The position numbers were made by a program, and so were the translations under genes. A stretch of DNA of 53,566 nucleotides, the filler included, from Jimgerdemannia flammicorona (Eukaryota): the NCBI GenBank assembly GCA_003990765.1. It is 3 parts of 3 records of this genome, joined end to end, with 100 filler letters (N's around TTAATTAATTAA, not from the genome) between each part and the next. Parts side by side here need not be neighbours in the genome. Positions count along the whole stretch, not along the records: positions 1 to 17,795 come from RBNJ01002407.1; 2 more parts are not named here. The stretch is one strand, 5' to 3'. The stretch's first letter is position 1, and every line of letters begins with the position of its first letter. Below the pieces are notes generated by a model that was given only the letters and a program-made list of their open reading frames with translations, did no database searches and was not told the DNA's origin. Below, in pieces: positions 1-11,953 of this stretch.

Positions 1-498
1 TTTTTTTTTTTAACGGACTTTGTTTACTATATCTGTGGAAGCTATAAAAGACTTTCTTATCACTATTATCTCTATTAGATACAAATACTCATATATACTA
101 ACTATATTGATATTATTGATTTTTTCTATAGTTTCATTAGCTACATTTCATTACTGACTATATTACTGATCTTATCAATCTCATTAGCTATAAAAAGCCT
201 TTTTATAATTATCTCTACTATCTAGAAGGGCTTCTTTATCTCAACTATCTGAGAGAACTTCTTTATCTCAAATACTAGAGAAAACTTATTATAATTATCT
301 CAACTATTTGAGAGAACTTTATAATTATCTTAAATATCTAAATGAGTATCTTTATCATAATTATCTTCTACTATCAGAGAGAACTTAATTATTACTATTA
401 GTGGACTTTTTCACTATATCTGAGCTAATAATGAATATATTTATCTATAGATACTCATACTTAATATATTTATATACTTTGTAGTATAGTATATATAC

Positions 499-2040
499 TA
501 TCACATAGTGGTCACTGAGTCCTTCAAATATGCCAGATTCTCTTCAAGGTGTATCTCTTAGACTAACTCAAGTTTGTTATAAGCAAGTTCTTATTGGAGT
601 GCCTTCCCAAGGTCTTATAGTCCTCAAACTTCTTATCTTTAACTGTCTTGTTATCTCTTAGATGGCTTGCAAGGAAGTGTATATAAGTGAACTTGACTGA
701 CTTTATTTCAGAGGAAATAAGAGGAGTATTTATACAAAATATAATTCAATGGTTGCTAAGATATAAAGCTAAATATAAATTCCAATAACTAAAACTACTA
801 AGTTCCAGGGCTGGTACTGATGGTTGTACAGGTTCAGGATGCTGGCATTATTTAGTATTACATCAAAATGTTGGTGCTGGAACAATTTCGCATCACCTCA
901 GAATACCAGTGCTGGTATTATCTAGTATTATATGAGAATACTAGTGCTGGCATTATTCAGCATAACAAGGAACTTAGAGCAGAAAGTTCAGGACCATGGG
1001 GGCTTTATCCTTATCATCATCATCACTGAAGGAGATGAGATCTGCGAATTCGTTATGCAGGTCACGTGTTTCGCATACTTTGATATCGCATGGGATGATG
1101 TCATTGCCGATGATATCATCATGTTCAGCTGTAGCAGGGAAATTGAGAACAAGATCTGGAGCTCTCCAGTCTATGAGGTTCTCTTCCACAAAATAGGGAA
1201 CAAATGTGGGATCTTGGGGAGGTCTAACCTGGATGCTTGGGCCTTGGAATACTGAGATCAATCCTTGTAGGAATTGGTCTGGGTTGTCCTGAAGGATAGG
1301 ATGCCAGAAGTCTTCTACTTCTTCACTGTTGAGAGTGATAGTGGACTGGGCTTCTGTAGCTACCCTGGCTTCTAGTGCATTGATATGGCGAGATGACAGG
1401 TCTCTGAAGTCTGAGACTCTGACATACTCCAAGTTGGGGATCGACCATGGTGCATGCCTGGAGATCTAATGGATCTTCTTAGCTGTCCTCATTTCACGTA
1501 TGTCCATAGAAGTGGTATCTTGTAGCTCTTGGGTGCTGGCCTGTGGGAACTCCTGGCAGAGGAGGTTTCCTATTTCATACTCCTGCCACATTTGGAGGTA
1601 TTCGGTAGCAATAGTGATCCTTGTTTCCATTTCATGGTAGTAGAGAATGAAGTGATAAGGGTCTGCAATACCTAGGTGGATACTAGGAGTCCTTCTTGAG
1701 CAGGTTCCCATGGCTCTTCTGATGTCTTGGAATATTCTTTCTTCGACTAAGATATCTTGGTGATTCCTTGACCTTGAGGTTTGGCAGGCAGTAGGCATTT
1801 TATTTATAGTAAGTCTTTGAGCTATTTTGAGATTGGTGGTTCTTGTTGGTTGCTGCTACTGTAGTTCCTTGATCCTTCTTTTATATTCTTCAGGATGCTT
1901 GTACTGTGGTCACAATGACTCACAGTTGGTCATTATTGCTCATCTTGTATACTGTATGATCTTCTTGTGCTTTGATCTGGTGGCTTACAAGGAAAGGCTG
2001 TTTTCTGTGCTGATGTCATCATTCTGGAGTCACTGTTATA
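499..2040 (-). repeat. 3' LTR of element A (1542 bp)
   Basis: Colinear with 7735-9252. On the - strand it starts TATAACAGTG (decayed TGTAAC) right after the PPT and ends CTATGTGATA. Confidence 0.93.
974..1798 (-). pseudogene. LTR-encoded accessory ORF, ~274 aa, unknown function, one internal TAG
   Basis: ORFs 1466-1798 and 974-1432 share a frame and are separated by one TAG, where the sister LTR reads CAG (KKIHQIFRHAPW). A TATAAAAG box lies ~80 nt upstream. Confidence 0.85.
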
Positions 2041-2050
2041 TCTTCTTCCT
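2041..2050 (-). promoter_or_regulatory. polypurine tract of element A
   Basis: AGGAAGAAGA abutting the 3' LTR. Confidence 0.85.
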
Positions 2051-2353
2051 GAATAAGGATCTTCTCAAGCATCCTTATTCATTGGTCTAGTCCTGAAAAA
2101 TTTGCTGATCCCATAACCTCTAGCAAGGGATCAAAAAGTGGTGTTTATGGGCTAGCATCTTCTCTTTGTATTTTGGCATGATGGTGAAGGGTCACTTCCT
2201 TTATATAGAGCAAGGGCCTGATTCTGATCTTGACCAATCAGTTGATGGTTCAAACTCCTCTAACTTTGAAAGTCTCACAGATAAGTAGTTGCCAGTGCCG
2301 TATCCCTTAGAGAATGGTCCAGACAGATAGCCTACTGGTCACGGGATATGCTA

Positions 2354-5300
2354 TTATGATTTACAGACTAGAACCTCATGAGTGGTCATCATGTTTTACT
2401 TCTCTTGTATAGGTTCATGGTACTTCTTGAGTCTGTTTCTATGTACCATAGTAGACAGTATGGTCTCTGAGATTTTTCTAAGCCAGAAGGTAGTTCCCTT
2501 GATATCTTGCATATAGAAGGGTCCTTCCCATTTGGGCTCCAGTTTTCATGACCATGAGGCTTCTACCATATTTCAATACAGTAGAATCTTTTCTCTGATT
2601 TGGATGGGTTCTAGGATCTTGTGATTCTTTTCTGCATTCTTCCTTGTCAGCACTTGTAACTTAGTGATGTAATCTTCAGCCTTCTTCCTGATTTGGTGTA
2701 GTCTCCAGATTTCTGCATCAACTCATCTCCAAGTTAGATCTAGATTTGTGGCTGAGGTTCCATCAGAATCTTCTTCTTTGAAGAGCAGCTCTCTTGGGGT
2801 AAAATGCATGCTCTGTGACTGTATGTCTCATAGGACAGAGAGGGCAGTTGGGAGATAGTTATCCCAATTCTTATATGTCTCTGAGATCTTCACTAGGATG
2901 TTCTTGAGGGTCTTGTTGGTTCTCTCTGTCTGTCTATTTCCTTGAGAGTGGTACACAGTAGTCTTGATGTGCTGGATCTTGTATTTCTGATACATTATCT
3001 TATGGAATCCATTGACAAATTCCATTCTATGGTCTGTTGTGATTTGCTTTGGTATCTTGTAGTGGCAGATGATTTCTCAGTATAGGAAGTTGGCTATAGA
3101 GAGGGCATTGGCTTCTTGTAATGCTCCTGCCTCTATCTATTTGGTGAAGAGGTCTACAATAACTATAATATAGCGGTTTCCTGATAGTATTACTGGTAGT
3201 GGTTCAATGATATCTATTGCAATGTGGTGGAAGGGGATAGGCTCAATTCTTGATGATCTGGATGCCTGGTCTAGCTGATCTTGTTTCTGTTTTTGGCACT
3301 TATCACACCCTTTGACAAATTGGTACAGGTCTTCTTCTATCTTGGGCCACCACATGGTTCTTCTTACCTTGCCATATGTGTTGGTTCCTCCTAAGTATCC
3401 TTGCTCATATACTTCCTTCATTACTTGATATATACTTCTTATATTCATGTATTACTAGCTTTCCTCCTTTTCTGAGTATAGTGTTGTCTAATTCAAACTG
3501 TTTCCAAGTCCGGTTAATGATGGTGATTGTCCAGGGTTCAAGGTGGTTGGGCATCTTTCACTGTCCAAGATAGCTGATTAATCCATAGTATAGCTCCTTA
3601 TTCATGTTGAATAATCTTGATGGGGGTGTTTCGGGGTGTCCTTGAGAGTGTATCAGCATTGGTATTGGTCTTTCCTGAGTAGTGCTTAACAGTACAGTCA
3701 TACTCTTGCAGCCTGTAGATCCATCTGGCATATATTCCTTTGGGGTTCAGAGTGTGGAATAGCTAGGCAAGAGCAGAATGGTCTGTTTGAATGGTGAAGT
3801 GTTTCTCAGCTAGGTAGTAGTGGAACTTGTCTACTGCCTAGACTACTGCTAAGCATTTAAGCTTGCATGACTCATAGTTCTGTTCTGCTCTGTGGGTACC
3901 TCGGCTTATATAGGAGATGACATATTCATATCCATCTTTCTTCTGAGCTAGAACTGCTCCAAGTCCTATAGCACTCACATCTGTCTACAGGATGAATTCT
4001 AGATTCCAGTCTGGTCTTCTGAGGATAGGTGCTTGGGTCAATCTGGTCTTGAGTTCATTAAAGGTTTCTTGGCACTCCTTGGTCCATTTGAATTTGGTCT
4101 CCTTCTTCAGTAGCTCGTAGATAGGTGCTGCAATGTTAGAGTATCCTTTGATGAATCTTCTGTAGTAGCTGGCCAGTCCAAGGAAGGCGTGGACTTCTGT
4201 GGTTGTTCTGGGTCTTGAGTAGACTACAACAGCCTCAATCTTCATGGGGTCTGTGTGGATTCCAGTCTGGTTGATGAGGTGTCCTAGGTAGGCAATTTCT
4301 TGAGCTGTAAACTTGCATTTCTTGGGCTTGATGTAGAGGCCATGCTTCTTGAGCCTCTTGAGGGCTAGCTGTATATGATTAATATGTTTCTGTGTAGTAT
4401 TGCTGAAGATGATCACATCATCAATATAGACAAAGAGCCATTTTCCAATCTTATTGCTGAAGACTCTGTTCATCATTCACTGGAAACTTGCTAGGGCATT
4501 GCACATTCCAAATAGCATTCGCAGATAGATATAGGTGGCATCAGGTGTGATGAAGGCTGATTTCTCACTAACATCTTGAGTGAGACCAATCTGATAGAAG
4601 CCTGAGAACAGATCCAAGGTGGTGTAGTATTTGGCTTTGCTTCCAAGGGTGGTAAGGATTTCTTGAATATTCGGTAAGGGCTGCCTATCCTTCTTGGTGA
4701 TAGCATTGAGCTTCCTGTAGTTAATGCAGAGTCTTGGTGCAAACTCTCCAGGCTTGCTTCCTTTCTTTGGGGCTAGAACAATGGGTGAGGCCCAGGGGCT
4801 GATAGCTTGCTTGATGATTCTGGCTTCTTCCATTTCCTTGAGTTTGGCTCGTAGCCACTCTCTGTAGGCAGGTGGTATGGGTCTGGCTTTCTGGTAGATG
4901 GGCTTGGTATCACCAGTGTCAACTTCATAGTAGTACTTGGATTCTTGATTGTAGATATCTCTGAAGTCTGTAGCAAGTACTCCTTCATTCTGGTACAGGA
5001 TCTTGAGAAGTTGTTCCTCCAGGGAAAAGTTTTCTCCAATAGTATATGTGTGCTTGTTCTGGTCCTTATCTTTCTTGTGCTCAAGTTTGGTAATCTTGGT
5101 GGTGGCATAGGCTCCTCTTCCAGTAGATCCAAAGCCTTGTTCTCCTCTCTTGTTCTTGATGAGTTCGATGGCTTCTATGATCTTGGGCTTCTTGATTTCG
5201 TGGATCAGCATCTGGCCAATCCTGTCATGCTTCTTGACTTCGAAGGGGGTGGTGTGGTTGTGATTTCTGACTATGAGGAAGATCTTGCCAGTATAATCAG

Positions 5301-7613
5301 GGTCAATTACTCCTCCTTCAACTGAGATTTCGCTTTTGGCCAGACTGCTCCTGGTCTTGATAATTCTGGTATAGTTTTCTGGCAGCTTGACTCCAATTCC
5401 AGTGCCAAGTAGGGTAGTGGTCTGTGGTTTGAGAGTAGCATCTTGAATGCTGGCAAGGTCCATTCCTATGGCTCCTTCAGTCTTGTATTCTGGGATCTTG
5501 GCTTCAGATTGACCTTGAGGGTGATGTCTGATTCTTGTTCCTCCTCATTGTCACTGTCAGCTTGAAGCTCTGGGGACTGGTCATCTTCTTCAGCTTTCCT
5601 TTTTGCTTTGGCGGCTTCTTGCTCATGTTTCTGTTGGTGGATTTTCCTGACTTCACTGATACAGGACCAGCAGTTATTCAGGTGTTCGGAGCAGTACATC
5701 CTAGTACTATGGGGGCATCTTCCTTGAGGGGCATAGCCATCAATGATCTTGTTGTACCACTGCTCATCTGTGAGCTTAGGTGTCTTGCTCTTGTTCTTGT
5801 TCACCGAGTATATGAAGACCTCTGTGTCTTCTTCATCTCCTTCCTCCATGTCTAGTAGGACTCCTTTGTGGACATTGATAGAGACTCGTATCTTTCTTCC
5901 TCTGTAGTTGATCTGTATCTTCTGGGCATTGAGGTCAATAATGGCCTTGGCCTTGTGAAGCCATTGGTTGCCAATGAGGATGTCATAGTTGGTGGCGCTT
6001 ATAACAATTACATCTACTGGAATGGTAGCTCCTCCTATCTTGATGGGGACTTCTTGGATTTTGCCAAGGGGGGTAGCTCATGTACCATCTGCTGTAACAT
6101 AGACCATCTTGGTGGACTCTTCAATGTCCCAACCTAGGTGGTCAATTGTCTTCTTACTTATGAGGCATCCTCCAGCATCAGTATCAATGATAGCATTGAA
6201 GATACAGTCTTCGATCTGATATAGGGTATAGGCTGATGTCTTGTGCTGGTCTTCAGATTCTTCACCTGAGTTCTTAGATTCTTTCTGTGCATTGTGAGCT
6301 TCTACAATCTTGTACTCTTGATTCTTGGTAGTAGTTGCAAGTCCTACTCTCAACTGCTGTCTGAAGGCAGGGACTTCAGCTAGCTGTCCAAAAGTGGCAT
6401 TGACCTTCTGTTTCTTGAGATCCTTGTAGATGTCATACTGGTAGATCTTGGTCTTGCATAGCTTCTGTTCCTTCTTGCTTTCACTTTCTCCTGAGACTGG
6501 AGTAGTGTCTTCAATAATTTGATGGGCAGCTTCATCTAACTCCATGTCTTGATCAATCTCCTTGGGTTGGGTCTTGCTTTGAATAGTGACAGCTGGGGTC
6601 TTCTTTGGTCTTCCAACTGGCTTACTGTTGCTCTTCTTGTCATAGGGCTTGGACTGGGTTCTGGTACCTTTAGTAGCAGGGTAGAATTCAAGCTCCTTAT
6701 AGTATTCTTCATCATCAGTGTCATCAATCTCTTTAATGACTACTGCATTGGTTTGTTCTCTGGTTCTGCTAGCATTGCTTGGTTGGGCTTTGTGTCTTGT
6801 TTCAGTCATGCAACTCTTTGCATAGTGGCCTTCTTCCCCACATCTGAAGTATATAATATTGCATTCTTCTGTAGTAGCTGCAAATCTCTGTACTAGTCTC
6901 CTGTTAGTGCTTCAGACCTCTCTAATAACATCACTAAGATGTGCAGTTATCTTGGCAAACTGCTTGGTGAGTTCTTCCACTGGATCAGCTTTGGCTGTCT
7001 TGGGGGTAGGTGGGGTTAGTTGTCTGTTTACAACTATGGCAGGTAAGATACTAGTTGGCTTTGATGGCTCCATCTTGATGTTAGTTATTTTCTCCATTGA
7101 GTGTTCGGCAGGATGTCTGGCAGTCTAATATCTCTGTACAAAGACCACTTTCTGATCAAGGGTCAGTGCAGCTGGGGTAGACCAGATTGCTAGGGCAATT
7201 TCAGAGTGAACTCCTTTGAGAAAGGTTGAATCTGCTATTTGTTCCTTAAGGTGGTCATCATAGTCAGCCAAGACAATCTGGTGGCAAATTTGGATATAAA
7301 ATGAGTTGGGATCTTCACTATGTCCCTGGCAGATAGTATTGAGTTGATCCTTGAGAGCTTGCTTGATCTCTTCAGTATAATATATTGTTCTGAGGAAGAC
7401 CTTCATGTTGGCAAGTTTGGCTGTACCAGCATCAGCAATGGTGACTGTATTGAACTTGTCTCTGGTAGGTCCTCTAAGGCTGACTAGTAGAAGGGCCAAT
7501 TGAGCATCCATACTAAGGGCTCATATGGTGGTGAATTGTTCAAAGTCTTCAATGAAGGTCAGGATTGACTCTTCAGTAGTATATCCATAGAATGTAGGGA
7601 GATGTATTTCCAT
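2354..7613 (-). pseudogene. pol: gag-pol of element A: Gag, CCHC knuckle, aspartic protease, CPH module, dUTPase, RT, RNase H, integrase (no chromodomain)
   Basis: Motifs (C)FRCGEEGHYAKSC, IIDT(G)AGG, SPWASP, LCINYRKLN, VYIDDVII, FLGLASYYRRF, CDKCQ, IAIDII, QTERTN and KWEGPF. Many nonsense codons. Confidence 0.95.
5115..5520 (-). pseudogene. dut: dUTPase domain within pol of A, between PR and RT
   Basis: Trimeric dUTPase motifs AIGMDL, RSSLA, GGVIDPDYTG, DRIGQ and RGEQGFGSTG. Confidence 0.92.
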
Positions 7614-7713
7614 CTTATCTTGAATTCTTACAGGGGTGACTCTTGTAGTCAGGGTAGTTGTTGTGGGGGTTGTTTGTTTTTCAGCTTGAAAGTGAGGGAT
7701 TCATTCTTGAATC

Positions 7714-7731
7714 ACCAGTCAATGGGCACCA
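7714..7731 (-). promoter_or_regulatory. primer binding site of A
   Basis: TGGTGCCCATTG.. 3 nt (ACT) after the LTR end. The priming tRNA cannot be identified by eye. Confidence 0.8.
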
Positions 7732-7734
7732 AGT

Positions 7735-9252
7735 TGTCACATAGTGGTTGCTGAGTCCTTCAAACACACCAGATTCTCTTCAAGGTATATCTCTTAGACT
7801 AACTCAAGTTTGTTATAAGTAAGTTCTTATTGGAGTGCCTTCCCAAGATCTTATAGTCCTCAAACTTCTTATCTTTAACTGTCTTGTTATCTCTTAGATG
7901 GCTTGCAAGGAAGTGTGTGTAAGTAAACTTGACTGACTTTATTTCAGAGGAAATAAGAGGGATATTTATACAAAATATAATTCAATGATTGCTAAGATAT
8001 AAAGCTAAATATAAATTCCAATAACTAAAACTACTAAGTTCCAGGGCTGGCACTGATGGTTGTACAGGTTCAGGATGCTGACATTATTTAGTATCACATC
8101 AAAATGCTGGTGCTGGAACAATTTCATATCACCTCAAAATACCAGTGCTGGTATTATCCAGTATTACATGAGAATACCAGTGCTAGCATTATCCAGCATA
8201 ACAAGAAACTTAGAGCAGAAAGTTCAGGACCATGGGGGCTTCATCCTTGTCATCATCATCACTGAAGGAGATGAGATCTGCGAATTCGTCATACAGGTTG
8301 CACGTTTCATGTACTTTGATGTCATGCAGAATGACATCATCGCTGATGACGTCATCATGTTCGGCTGTGGTAGGGAAATCAGGAACAAGATCTGGAGCTC
8401 TCCAGTCTATGAGGTTCTCTTCCACAAAATAGGGAACAAATATGGGGTCTTAGGGAGGTCTAACCTGGATACTTGGGCCTTGGAATACTGAGATCAATTC
8501 TTGTAGGAATTGGTCTGGGTTGTCCTGAAGGATAGGATGCCAGAAGTCTTCTACTTCTTTGCTGTTGAGGGTGATAGTGGACTGGGCTTCTGTAGCCACC
8601 CTGACTTCTAGTGCATTGATATGGTGGGATGACAGATCTCTGAAGTCTAAGACTCTGACATACTCTAAGTTGGAGATCGACCATGGTGCATGTCTGAAGA
8701 TCTGATGGATCTTCTTAGCTGTCCTCATTTCATATATATCCATAGAAGTGGCATCTGGGAACTCCCAGCAGAGGAGGTTTCCTATTTTGTACTCCTACCA
8801 TATTTAGAGGCATTCAGTAGCAATGGTGATCCTTGTTTCCATTTCATAGCAGTAGAGAATAAAGTAATAAGGGTCTGTAGTACCCAGATAGACACTAGGA
8901 GTCCTTCTTGAGTGGGTTCCCATGGCTCTTCTGATGTTTTGGAATATCCTTTCCTTGACTGAGATATCTTGGTGATTCCTTGACCTTGAGGTTTGGCAGG
9001 CAGCAGGTATTTCATTTGTGGTAAGTCTTTGAGCTATTTTGGGATTGGTGGTTCTTGTTGGTTGCTGCTACTGTGGTTCCTTGATCCTTCTTTTATATTC
9101 TTCAGGATGCTTATACTGTGGTCACAATGACTCACAGTTGGTCATCATTGCTCATCTCATATACAGTATGATCTTCTTGTGCTCCGATCTGGTGGCTTGC
9201 AAGGAAAGACTGTCTCCTGTGCTGATGTCATCATTCTGGGGTCACCGTTACA
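7735..9252 (-). repeat. 5' LTR of element A (1518 bp)
   Basis: TGTAACGG...CTATGTGACA on the - strand, with a 24-nt deletion relative to the 3' LTR. Confidence 0.93.
8210..9010 (-). pseudogene. second copy of the LTR accessory ORF (ATG>ATA, stops, in-frame 24-nt deletion)
   Basis: Fragments 8450-8743 and 8210-8425 are in one frame and match 974-1798. Confidence 0.85.
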
Positions 9253-9927
9253 CTAGATAAGAGAGGTTGATATAGTTATTGATTTTTATTATTAGATAAG
9301 AGAGATTGGTATAGTTATCAATTTTCATCACTTGATTGACTCTTACTTATATTCTTATATTCTTTTAGACTTTCTTTAGTATTGCCAGAGTAAGTAAAGA
9401 GAGCTTCAGTTTTTGGAGTAGTCTGGAGAAAAGAGGTTGGTATAGTTATTAATTTTTGTTACTAGAGAAGAAAGGTTGACATAGTTATTAATTTTTGTCT
9501 CTAGAGAAGAAAGGTTGACATAGTTATCAATTTTTATCACTGAAAAAGGAAGATTAGTACAGTTATTAATTTTTGTCACTAGAGAAGGAAGATTGATATA
9601 GTTATTAATTTTTGTCACTGAAGAAGAGAGGTTGATATGGTTATTAATTTTCATCACTGAATTGACTCTCACTTACATTCTTATATTCCTTTAAACTTCC
9701 TCTAACATTGCTAAAGTAAGTAAAGAGAGCTTCAGTTTTTGGAGTAGTCTGAAGAAGGAAGGTTGTCATGGTTATTGATTTTCATCACTAGAGAAAAGAG
9801 GTTGATATAGTTATTGATTTTTGTCACGGGAGAAGGCAGTTATTAATTTTTATCATTGGATTGACTATCACTCACATTTTCTTATACTCACATTTCTCTA
9901 GCATTACTAGAGTAGACCTGATCTTAT
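9253..9927 (-). repeat. left arm of a modular inverted repeat (39-bp units plus longer spacer modules)
   Basis: Tandem units CTAGTGACAAAAATTAATAACTATACCAACCTCTCTTCT on the - strand, the mirror of 11954-13120. Confidence 0.85.
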
Positions 9928-10039
9928 TATACTTATACTCTTTTAGACTTTTCTAATACTTTAATTTATTTGAAATATTGTTATGTTAAATATAAAGTTA
10001 TTTAAACTGTAAATTATAATACTATTTATTTATTTTTCT

Positions 10040-11900
10040 TTCTTTTTTCATACTTCTTTTTTTCAAGTTTCTTTTTTCTATTATTCACTTTTTCTTTCTT
10101 CTTCTTCTTATTTTTTAAAAATTTCATATATTGCATCAGCTATTAATAAATAAGTATATATAAATTATTTATATCTTATTGATTTCTCATTATTCAATTA
10201 TAGTGGTTTAGATAGTTTTACTGGATATTTGAATATAGTTACTAATGATATTGTTTCAGAATACTTCAATCTTTGATTTTCTTCTTTAAGTAATATTAAT
10301 TTATTCTTCAGAGAGTTTATTTTTTATTTTAATAGTTTTATCTCATCTTTTGATGTTAAAAATTGAGAGAGTTGGAAATGAGATTGAGGTTGAGATTGAG
10401 ATTGAGATTGAGGTTGAGGTTGAGATTGAGATTGAGGTTGAGATTGAGGTTGAGATTGAGGTTAAGATTGAAATTGAAATTGAGATTGAGGTTGAGGTTG
10501 AGGTTGAGATTGAGATTGAGATTGAGATTGAGATTGAGGTTAAGGTTGAGATTGAGGTTGAGGTTAAAATTAAGATTGAGATTGAGATTGAGATTGAGGT
10601 TGAAGTTGAGATTGAGATTGAGGTTAAGATTGAGATTGAAGTTGAAATTGAGATTGAGGTTGAGAAGATTGAAGAAGTTGAGACTAAAAAGATTGAGATT
10701 GAAGAGATTGATATTGAGATTGAAGAGGTGTAAAATACTGAGTTGATAGAGATAGTACTAATCTATCAGCAGAGATAGTATTAGAATTAACTGACCAAGT
10801 ACTAGTATGTTTATATACTTTAATAATTCTTTCAGCTATATAGGTATTAAGTAAGCTTTACCAAATAGTCTTACAAAGGTATATTTAGTAACTATAGCTC
10901 TATTGTTTATATTATTATATTGATCATAAGTATGATCAAATCCAAACTTCATAGTTTTAAAAGAAAGCTCACAGAGCTGTAATAAATGTGTTATATTTAA
11001 AGATAATACTAATAGCAAAATATTATTAGCTCTGTAAGCTTTAATAGTTGAAAGATTGATATGACTTTTATATCTATTAAGTATAAGTAGAGTAAGTCTT
11101 GTTGATCCAGATCTTATTGGTGAAATTGATTGAATAAAATACTGAATATACTAATCAAAGAGATTTTTTACATATATCTCTTTTCAGTAAATCTCATAAC
11201 TGTTCCAGGAGGTACTCTATCTAATAGACCTTGAATTATTCTTTTTTCTTTATAGTAGTACTGTAGCACCAGTAGCTGAAATTGTTGTATAGATAGAAAT
11301 ATATTCTGTTATATTTATTATTACTAATTTAGATACTTGATGAGTACCTTTTTTAGATAAGATAGGCTGAAGCTCTTTTTTTATATTGAATCCAGTTTTA
11401 TCTATATTCTATATCTAATCAGCAGTAAGAGAATATTCATTAATCAACTTTTGAAGTTTATTAAAATGATTATAGATAATAATAGAATTACCTTTTTGAA
11501 CTCTTACTGCTCTAAGTATTTGAGGCTTTCTAAGTGATATATTTGGATAATTATTTAGAAATCTCTCCCACTAAGCTTGTCTAAGTCCTTTTTTAGAAAA
11601 AGGATATTACTTATTTTTAACTATCTCCAAGGCTGTATAATTGACTGAAGATTTTATCAAGCTAAATCTAAGTTATTATATATTTAAATAATATCTAATA
11701 AGTTATTCTTCCTCTTCAATAGTTAAAATAGTTTTAGGATCTGAATGATCAGAGACTCTATCTTTCAAAGCTTAATATAAAGCTATTTTCTGAATTCCAA
11801 ATCTTCTAGCAACTCCACAAATACTAAAAGAATCTGAAGAATTCTAATAATACTGTACTGCTTTTTCAATAGCTTTCTTTTAATCTAACAGAGTCTTATT
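10040..11900 (-). pseudogene. pogo/Fot1-like (Tc1/mariner superfamily) DDE transposase, decayed
   Basis: - strand reads SICGVARRFGI (HTH), KTILTIEEEE*LI (CENP-B-like HTH), NIDKTGF, LLILNRYKSH and LNITHLLQLCE (decayed DE/DG/QPLD motifs), then a charged C-terminus. Confidence 0.8.
10377..10730. repeat. hexamer microsatellite (GAGATT/GAGGTT)n
   Basis: About 55-60 imperfect units. The source of the EI/LR-repeat ORFs. Confidence 0.95.
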
Positions 11901-11953
11901 TTGATCAGACAGAGCCTTATTTCAACTTAGTGATTTTTTCTTACTTTAGAAAT

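Larger units (their letters stand above)
499..9252 (-). mobile_element. Ty3/gypsy LTR retrotransposon 'A', full length, degenerate, dUTPase-bearing, ~1.5 kb LTRs each containing an ORF
   Basis: Direct repeats at 499-2040 and 7735-9252 with TG(TA)...(A)CA ends. PBS follows the 5' LTR and a PPT precedes the 3' LTR. Order gag-ZnK-PR-dUTPase-RT-RH-IN. Flanks (atac / ctag) do not form a TSD. Confidence 0.95.

Noticed and set aside
974..1798. Accessory ORF as an env gene
   Set aside because: No signal peptide, transmembrane segment or furin/fusion pattern is visible. The protein looks soluble with an acidic tail.
932..2090. + strand ORFs in A's LTRs (932-1255, 1827-2090, 8060-8491, 9039-9260)
   Set aside because: They are antisense shadows repeated only because the LTR is repeated. 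Protein-level conservation with C, D and E is on the other strand.
10350..10746. EIEV- and LR-repeat ORFs
   Set aside because: They are translations of a hexamer microsatellite on the strand opposite the transposase.
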